Below are positions 55,489 to 64,000 of a stretch of DNA of 64,000 nucleotides, piece after piece (position 1 is the first letter of the stretch; each line of letters starts with the position of its first letter). The stretch spans positions 110,794,001-110,858,000 of the forward strand of contig NW_026262690.1 of assembly GCF_021869535.1 (NCBI RefSeq). The letters are read 5' to 3'. Both the position numbers and the translations under genes were made by a program. Source of the stretch: Mytilus californianus (taxonomy: Eukaryota). The notes under the pieces are model-generated. The model did no database searches. It saw nothing but the letters and a program-made list of their open reading frames with translations, and had not been told where the DNA came from.

Positions 55489-57647
55489 CACTACAAAAGT
55501 CAAAAAGTCTGAAAAGACCAGTATTTGTCTGAATTTGCATGAATTTTTACTCGACATTCTTAATTTGTCTGAATAATTTTTAAAAATTCTTGACATAGTA
55601 TGAATTTGTCTAATAAGGTTCTTGATTTTTCTTGACAAGTGTCTTGACAGTATGAACATTGTCTTAAAATTTCTCGACACTTCCTGTATCATCTGATAAG
55701 AGTCTGGATTAGTCTCGACCAATTCTTGACTGTCTTAAATTTGTCTCGACCTGTCTTGACATATTCTTGACATTCTTAATAATGTCTGAATATGTCTCGA
55801 CATATTCTTGACATTCTAAATAATGTCTGAATATGTCTCGACACATTCTTGACAGTCTTAAATATGTCTTGACACTATCTCAACAGTATAAAATTCGCCT
55901 GAAATGTGAACAGACTTATTCTGCACTGTTTATGACATTCTATTGCTGTTGTATACTCCTTTTTTTATTGCTAAACTAAACTTTGAAGAATCAAGGATTA
56001 ATTTGGTATAGTAAGATACCTTTTTGGTGCAACTAATTTGGAATACCCTGAATAATCCCCCATGTAATTTAATTTTGATTTATTTTTATTAAACATTTAA
56101 GTAATTGTTTTCACTTGGAATATAAGTCGAAGGTATTGACAAACAGCATTTAGGTTTTTGCCGTTCGCAAACTGCCAAACTGCCAGTCAAATTTGCTTTA
56201 CTAAAATAGGTGTCTTGTATCTCTTTTGGACCCCACAATTCATCTTTTGGGTGTGTGTGGCTAAAAAAAGAGAAGGGGGGGGGGGGGCTTTCGTTTAGGT
56301 CAAAGAATTTGTTCCCATCTTGATTCAAAAACCTTATTCATTTTTTAGAACAACCCAAAAACATTTTTCATTGTTTTTTATTCAAATTTGAGTGTTGAAT
56401 TTTATAATTTTTTATCAAAAATAAATATTTGTGATAACTCCTTCCTGAAAAAAAAAATGTTTAGATCTATATTATGCATGTCTGTTTGAGAACCATTTCA
56501 TAAGACCGATGATTTCTATAGAAATCATTGATGGGACCTATTATAAATACATTTTTTTTATTATTCCTGGAGTAGATAATAATTTTCTCTTAATCTTTGG
56601 GAATTATTCAATTTGTTTTTATGTTAAAATAATTAACTTCATAATTTTGATGAAGAAAATCCATTTCAATTCAATTTTTTTTCATCAAAATGATGATTTT
56701 CATTTTCATCTATCAACGAACATTTTAAATTGTAGTGGCATGGTCGGTCAACTGATAAGTTGTATGGCTGATTACAGGTAAAGCAATAACTTCTATTTGA
56801 CAGTTGCGTGTATTCTGGGGTGTGGAATACCTTAATTTTATGGGGAACATCCTGTCCATGTGTAATACTTAATATATTCCAACAGATGACATTACACAAA
56901 TTTTTCTTCTGTTAAATGAATGATTTGTATATCATCATAATTTGATAATTATATAAACCACATTTTGGTATAATAATTATTTACTATATCAACATTGAAT
57001 ATTATGAATGTAGAATGAAATATGTCTACAGTATGATTGGTTTGAATCATTTAATTTATAAGATTTAGGAATCAAAATTTGTAATTATTTAAAAACCCAC
57101 ATTGAAATTGTTTTATATCAACACACCCACATTTGAATTATTTTATACTTTAGATTTCATAGCCATATTTGCATTTGTAAAAATATTTATATACCCAAAT
57201 TTTCAATTATTTTACATGCCCAACATTTATTTTTGTTGTAAAGAAGTGTAACTTGAAACAACAGTATATCATATAAAGAGAAATAAAGATTAAAGTTATA
57301 TCAGGAATATTGGTCATGATTTGTAAAACTCAGAACTGTCAAGTAAATTTAAGACACGATTCAAAATGTTCAGAATATGTCAAGCCATACTGAGAAAAAA
57401 TAAGAATGTCGAGAATATGTCGAGAAATTTCAAGACAGTATTCAAATGTCAAGAATTTGTCAAGAAATTTTAGTACCATATTCAGAATGTCGAGAATATG
57501 TCGAGTAAATTTCATACAAATTTAATATAAATGAGAATTTGTCAAGAAAAATTAAGACACAAGTCATACTTTTGGAGAATGTCGAGTAAGAGTTCATGCA
57601 AATTAAGACAAAAACTGGTCTTTTCAGACTTTTAGACTTTTGTATTG
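55489..57647. mobile_element. Non-autonomous CACTA (CMC/EnSpm) element, 2159 bp
   Basis: TIR CACTACAAAAGTC / GACTTTTGTATTG (1 mismatch); 3-bp TSD TAC (55486-55488, 57648-57650); ~350-400 bp of subterminal repeats (TCTCGACA/TCTTGACA) inverted between the ends; no transposase ORF. Confidence 0.85.
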
Positions 57648-57719
57648 TACTGTAATCAGATTCCTAACTTAGGACAGGTGCAAACATTTGCAGCGGGATT
57701 AAACGTTTTAATGGAATAC

Positions 57720-57945
57720 TGTACAACAATCAGTATCCCTGCTATGTATGTATTGTACAACAACCAGTAACCTTACTTAAGATATATTGTACAACAACCA
57801 TGTGTCCTTTCTATAGATATATTGTACAACAACCAATATCCTTACTATATATAGAATGTACAACACGTCCGATCGTCACTATAGATATATTGTACAATAA
57901 TGGGTATCTGCACTATAAATAGTATGTACAATAATCAGTATCCTT
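57720..57945. repeat. ~34-bp degenerate minisatellite (second block at ~55045-55145)
   Basis: ACAACAACCAGTATCCTTGCTATAGATATATTGT-like units. Confidence 0.8.
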
Positions 57946-58386
57946 GCGAACAGTAAATTTTGTAATGCAAAAAGTAAAATAACAAAAATACCGAACCCCT
58001 AGGAAAATCCGAAACGGAAAGTCCGTAATCAAATGGCAAAATCAAAAGCTCAAACACATCAAACGAATGGATAACAACTGTCATATTCCTAACTTGATAC
58101 AGGTATTTTCTTATGTAGAAAATGGTGGATTAAACCTGATTTATAGCTAGCTAATCCTCTCACTTGTGTGACATATATAACAATTATTTATATTAGTAAA
58201 ATTGAGAATGGAAACGGGGAATGTGTCAAAGAGACAAAAACCCGACCAAAGAGCAGAAAACAGCCCAAGGACACCAATGGATCTTCAACACAGCGAGAAA
58301 ATTCCGCAGCCGGAGGCAGGTTTCAGCTGGCCCCTAAACAAAAATGTATACTAGTTAAGCGAAAATGGACTTCACACTAAACTCGA

Positions 58387-58667
58387 TCTTTTTCTTAGGC
58401 CTTATCAAAAGCGTCTGTGATGTTTTTGGTTTTGTATCCTCTTGATTTTAGTTGTTTTATAAGTTGTCACAAACGATAGTTGAGTTTTGATTCCGAGGAG
58501 CAAATTCGCTTTAGTCTGATGGCTTGACTGTAAGGTATGCTCCTGGAGCAGTGTTTCGGGTGACAACTTGGAGAAAGGAACTGGTGTTTATCAGTTTTCT
58601 TTTTGTGGAGATCAGTTGTCATGACCCCGTTTTTTACAAATGTGGTGGTGTCGAGAAAAGCAATTTT
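58387..58667 (-). mobile_element. Inverted 5' segment of the Penelope-like element (RT motif 7 and thumb)
   Basis: Minus strand reads EIAFLDTTTFVKNGVMTTDLHKKKTDKHQFLSPSCHPKHCSRSIPYSQAIRLKRICSSESKLNYRL*QLIKQLKSRGYKTKNITDAFDKA*. Confidence 0.88.
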
Positions 58668-59700
58668 CCTCGGAATCCAAACTCAACTATCGTTTAGGAC
58701 AACTAAAATCAAGAGGATACAAAACCAAAAACATCACAGACGCTTTTGATAAAGCCCAAGAAAAAGGTCGAGATATCCTCATGGAATACAAAGATAAGAC
58801 GACCCGAGCAGATAGAATTCCAGTTGTTGTCACCTTCCATCCCGATTTGACAAATATTTCATCTACTATCCGCAAGCACTGGCGTCTTAACGAAAATGAC
58901 TCTTCCTTAAAAGAAATTTTTCCATCACCTCCTGTTATTGCCTATCGCAAACCCAAAAATCTCAAATACATACTTGTCACATCTAAAGTAAAGAAACAAG
59001 AGACTTCTAAAATTGGGTGTTACAAACAATGCGGAAGAACCAATTGTAAGTGCTGTAAAGTCGCCAACACTGACCACTCTTTCAGCAGCACAGTAACAAA
59101 GCAGCGGTACAACATCTATGTTACATCTAATTGCAAAACGGAAAATAGTATTTATATTCTTACTTGTGGAACTTGCAAGCTGCAGTATGCTGGTGAAACA
59201 GAAACGAAATTCAACATCAGACTTAACAATCACCGGTCTTTTTATACAAAAGGAAGAAACTGTCCAATTACGAGACACCTCTTAAGAACAGGGCATACTT
59301 TTGAAAATATCACCTTTCAAATAATTGAGGTAAACCAAAATTGGGACTCCCAAAGGAGAAAACAGAGAGAAAGATTCTGGATGCATCAGCTACGTACTCT
59401 TGAACCTGATGGACTTAATGAGAGAGATGAAAAACAGTTCTACCCAAAACCAAAGGAATAAATCCTGAACTTCATTCTATTTAACTAAAACAACTATATG
59501 TTTTGATTTAAGAATTGCTATATACAATAAGCGGCAAAAATAATTTTCTAGACATTTAACATTGAGCTGCGAAAATTTCTTTACAGCCTCTAACTTTTAC
59601 CTGGTTGGCTGCACGCGCCTGATGAAGCTAATTTGTTAAGTGAAATATTGCGTGAATAATATAAAATATAACAACTAATTTTATAACACTCATTAGTGTG
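58668..59700 (+). mobile_element. 5'-truncated Penelope-like retroelement: RT thumb, Cys-rich linker, GIY-YIG endonuclease (ORF to 59461), 3' UTR
   Basis: IPVVVTFHP..PPVIAYRKPKNL, CGRTNCKCC, NSIYILTCGTCKLQYAGET, RLNNHRS, RERFWMHQLRTLEPDGLN; the Zn-finger-like linker suggests a Neptune-like clade (inference). Confidence 0.93.
59614..59654 (+). ncRNA. Minimal type I hammerhead ribozyme motif in the PLE 3' region
   Basis: CGCGC-CTGATGA-A-GCTAATTTGTTAAGT-GAAA-TA-TT-GCGTG: 5-bp stem I (one G:U), imperfect stem II, palindromic ATAT stem III, AUU cleavage triplet. Confidence 0.75.
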
Positions 59701-59819
59701 TTAAAGTTACATTCTTGGGCACTTATATAATTTAATGCAGTAACTGCATCAGTTTATTTACAAACTGATCCACGCCTAGATAGATTGAATGTTGATTGCT
59801 ATTTTGAGACACTATATAT

Positions 59820-61215
59820 ATAAACAAGTCTAAATTGAAAACAACGTTCAAACCTATGATTGCGTTGGATTGGATAAAAACCGCAATTTTTATACGTGTG
59901 TATGCAAAACAAATTTCTTGGTACAGGGGTCTAAATACAGCACAAACAACATTTTCCAAAAGACCAAATGAGTGAAAAAGTACACTTTAACAAAACGCAT
60001 TTGACTAGCAGGTCGAACAACTGATGTTCTTAAACCCTGCTGACTGCCATTGGCGATTGCCAAATAAACGGATCACAAGATGTAACAAAACAGATCTTAT
60101 TATTAATAATTACCAAACAGAAAACAATAAACTTGTGGAAAAGATGGTATACCGCAAACATGAGGTGCAAACATTTGTACACCATATCCGGATTTTGACA
60201 ATTAATGTCTCTTCGGTGATGTTAGGAATCGAAACGGTATTTGGAAGACCATATAATGTACCTCAATTTAGTTTAGATTCTTGAATTTTGAAAGAGTCAA
60301 AACAGGATGAACGGATCATATAAACCCGTAGGCAAATATAATACAAGCCCAAACGAAAAAATATAAACAAGTCTAAATTGAAAACAGCGTTCAAACCTAT
60401 GATTGCGTTGGATAAAAACCGCAATTTTTATACGTGTGCATGCAAAACAAATTTCCTGTTAGAGGGGTCTAAATACAACACAAACAACATTTTCCAAAAG
60501 ACCAAATGAGTGAAAAAGTATATTTTAACAAAACGCATTTGACTAGCAGGTCGAACAACAAATGTTCTTAACCCTGCTGACTGCCATTGGCGATTGCCAA
60601 ATAAACGGATCACCGATGTAATAAATGGATCTTAATTATAAATTTAATACTAAACAGAAAACAGTAAACCTGCGAGAAAGATGATATACCGCAAACAAAA
60701 GGTGCAAAGGTTTTTGTACACCATATCCGGATTTCGACAATTAATGTCTCTTCAGTGATGTTAGAAATCGAAACAGTATTTGGAAAGCCATATAATTTAC
60801 CTCAATTTAGGATAGACTCTTGAATTTTGAAAGAGTCAAAATAGGATGAACGGATCATATAAACCCGAAGGAAAATATAATACAAGCCCAAACGAAAAAA
60901 TATAAACAAGTCTAAATTGAAAACAATGTTCAAACCTATGATTGCGCTGGATAAAAACCGCAATTTTTATACGTGTGCATGCAAAACAAATTTCTTGTTA
61001 GAGGGGTCTTAATACAGCACAAACAACATTTTCCAAAAGACCAAAAAAGTTAAAAAGTATATTTTAACAAAACGCATTTGACTAACAGGTCGAACAACAA
61101 ATGTTCTTAAACCCTGCTGACTGCCATTGGCGATTGCCAAATAAACGGATCACCGATGTAATAAAAGGATCTTAATTATAAATGTTATACTAAACAGAAA
61201 ACAATAAACTTGCGG
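59820..61215 (+). repeat. ~545-bp tandem repeat, ~2.6 copies
   Basis: TAAACAAGTCTAAATTGAAAAC at ~59821, ~60365, ~60903. Confidence 0.93.
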
Positions 61216-62921
61216 AAAAAGATATATATTCTTATATATTATAAAGAACAGTATCATGAATAAAAATATATTGTCTAATAATCTGTATCCGGACTATTAA
61301 GTTTAATCCACATCTTAAAATGTATTGCCGTCCAGTTATATATAGATTCTAAAATTGCTTCGGGTGTGATGCGATATTCCTCCATGCCAGGAAGTTAGAT
61401 TTTCAAATTAGAATTCGAGGCTCGCCGAGCGTTTAAATATTTAAAATTTATCTGTCAAGAGTGAAGAAATATCGTATTGCGCGAGATTTGGTGGTGGTAT
61501 CTGTTTCTCTAATGATTTTTTGACAATTTCATCTTTCTTTTCCAATGATCTTCAAATACATGTGTTCTGTCTTTGTAACATCATCAGGCATGGTCGCCTT
61601 TTTTCGTGACGTCACAATAGGAAATTCAGGGTAAAGCAAGAACATTTGATATTGATTTTTGACCAATGAAGAACTGAGATCAAACAAACCACACGTTGAT
61701 TAAATAACCGGTCAGGAAAAGAATAAATCTGCTAAAAATTAGAGAAAAACAATTATGATCCTGCATTCAGCCGTTACCTTTATTCTACCGAAATATGATA
61801 TATATTGGAATATGTCGGTAATATATGTTTGTTGTCTGTTGTCTTTTGTGTTTTTGTTATTTGTTTTGTGTACCGTTTGGATTGGCCAAGCCCTTTGAAA
61901 CTGATTTTATCGTTTTCCCTGATGATTTTTTATTATACCAATGTCCCGGGGTATTGTTCTGACCACTCACAGACGTGTTAAACCCCACAACATTCGTTTA
62001 GTGAATGACCCAAGCCTGGAGCCTGTAATCAGTGGTTGTTGCTAGTTTCTGTGTGTTCTTGTAGTTTAAATCAGACAGTTAGTTTTCTATTTTGATTAGT
62101 TTCAAACTTTGTCATCCCTGGACATGTATTACTTACTATATGGGATAAATATTGCACAATGGTGAAGCCCGTTGACATTAGGATAACATGTTATTGTTAG
62201 TCTTTTTTGTCTTTTGATTTTTTATATATTATTGTCTCATTAGTAGTATTTCCTTATATATAAAGATCTTTTATACAGCAAAATATATCAGTTAAGTGTC
62301 TTGACGGCAGTTGTTTTGGGAGAAAAGACAAAACAATTTTTTTTGTTTTAATTGTTTTTTTGTCAGTTTATCAGAGTTTGTAGAACTATTTGTTGCGTTT
62401 TTCTTGTTCCTGTTTGCGATATTCAAATAACACACCAAGTTCTACAGTATGCCAGCGTAGAATTCCAATTGTACTTAACGTATATTGTTTGTGCTTGAGA
62501 CAATTAAGGATATTCTAAGGAAGGATTTGGTTTACTTGAGAATTCTTAGGGAAAGTATTCCTGTAATAGTCTTACAACAATATAATTTCATGAATAACCC
62601 GTAATGCATGTGAGTAAATATACATCATTCATTTATATTTTTTTCTATTTTGTCTAAGAGGAAAATTATCGCAATTTTGAGGCTCATAATGTTGAGATTA
62701 CCATTTTAAGAATAGATGGAAAAACCCTTTACCATGTTTTATTTAGCTACATAAGGAACTTTTCAAGCGGAGTACAAATAACATAAACCTACTTATTTGT
62801 CAGCAGTCTCATATGGTAAATTTTTTTTTGCAAATGTCTGTTGTTACCACTTTGAAGGTCTCATGGTCAGTTGTGTTTGTGTGGAAGACAGTAGATTATA
62901 ATCTTATCTTATTTTCTTTAG

Positions 62922-63127
62922 ATTTCCTAGTTGGATCTCCATGTCCAATACTGTAACCGTATTACGAGGCAGACCTATTATAAAGCTTAATAACACTATT
63001 GAAGTTTTTCCATCTGATATACCTCTGAACTCTTCTGAACTGAAATGTCGAGATAAATTATACAGACCATGTGTGACAGTTAGACTGTGCTTTTCCTACA
63101 CTGGAGTTTCAGTTCCAGATTCAATTT
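62922..63127 (+). CDS. Integrin alpha coding exon 12 (1-nt deletion at ~62939-62941)
   Basis: (D)FLVGS-CC-ATG MSNTVTVLRGRPIIKLNN..CVTVRLCFSYTGVSVPDSI; 206 nt between phase-1 junctions where a multiple of 3 (207) is required. Confidence 0.88.
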
Positions 63128-63500
63128 GTGAGTATAAAAAGTTTACCTTGAGACGATCTAATAATTCTAATGATGAAAATAGTAACAAACGAATTGAAAA
63201 GTATTCTCGAATCAGACTTAACCTCTGGTTATTGATGTGACTAGTGTTGTTCAATCTTTAGATGTTTTCTGTAAAGGGTTTTATAGGCTTTTGTTTGTCT
63301 TTTTGTCTTATTCACTAGAATATGGTATTGTCAGCTTTGTAAATAAAAAAGATCTACTTTCACCAGCTTTACATTTAAAAAATCGTATAATAATGAATGC
63401 AATACTGCACAGATGATAACTATTTAACATGATTACCCATTGTTACCGCATAGATCAATATCTTTTAATCAAATATCTTCTTTGCATTTCTAATTCCTAG

Positions 63501-63676
63501 TGGTTGATTATAATCTCAGTTCGGATATTCGGAGAACTTTGTCAACACCAAGTAAGCCAACTCGGGTTCATCTTTCATCAGAAACAGAAGAGTTTGGAAG
63601 TGGTAACTTAAAAGGAAAAAGATTTGAAGTTAGAAAATTGTCAGAATCATGTATGGAGTACTCCGCTATTGTGATG
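63501..63676 (+). CDS. Integrin alpha coding exon 13 (thigh domain)
   Basis: (L)VDYNLSSDIRR..PTRVHLSSE..ESCMEYSAIVM; TTCCTAG / GTTTGT; phase 1 to 0. Confidence 0.85.
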
Positions 63677-64000
63677 GTTTGTGAAACTCTTTATATTTAC
63701 AGAAATAATCACAGTGGGAAAAAATACAAGTTGACGATAAAAATCCGAAGTAAATGAAACCAGATCTCATCATGGAAAATTAAAAACGACGAAAAACTCA
63801 ACAGCAATAGCAAAACGATTACATAGAAATCAAAAGATTGAACAACACCAACCAAACCAAAAACAAGTGAATGCAGGTCCTCCGTAAGGGTAAGCTTCAG
63901 TTGCAGCTCCGCACGTTACATTCTTTGTGTTGTTAATACAAGTGAAAATCCGATGATAAGTCTCATGCGGTAATATCAAATACAAGAAAATGAAGAAGAG

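Larger units (their letters stand above)
24268..63676 (+). other. Integrin alpha subunit gene, 13 coding exons seen (signal peptide, 7 FG-GAP repeats, start of thigh); no I domain; continues beyond window; one exon frameshifted
   Basis: GT-AG exons with matching phases give FNID N-terminus, FGYS, VCAPLW..GRCF, LIGAPG, DINGDGLDDLLVGAP, DINKDGYKDVAIGAPY, DIDNNNYQDFLVGS, LRGRPII. These are diagnostic integrin-alpha beta-propeller and Ca-binding motifs. Confidence 0.93.

Overview
AT-rich eukaryotic (animal) genomic DNA. The repeat families (bivalve-type Meta/V SINEs, HINE-like elements, Penelope-like elements) suggest a bivalve mollusc, probably Mytilus; this is inference. Three genes can be reconstructed by hand. 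(1) A two-pore-domain K+ channel (K2P/KCNK) pseudogene on + (4804-7162), with two GGA>TGA stops, frameshifts and a retro-insertion inside an exon. (2) A ~2.5 kb exon on - (17471-20012) for an unidentified Ser/Lys-rich disordered protein, broken by about 5 frameshifts and a stop. (3) The 5' 13 coding exons of an I-domain-less integrin alpha on + (24268-63676, continuing past the window); exon 12 is one base short. The rest is mostly transposon-derived: Tc1, CACTA, Kolobok-like, HINE-like, SINEs, and Penelope-like elements with hammerhead ribozyme motifs. The most unusual signal is that the integrin gene's splice junctions have been tandemly amplified. The exon 2 tail plus donor forms a 57-bp minisatellite (~23 copies), the exon 10 tail plus donor forms a ~75-bp minisatellite (~12 copies), and the exon 7 acceptor plus exon head is triplicated. 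No rRNA, genuine tRNA gene or CRISPR array was seen.
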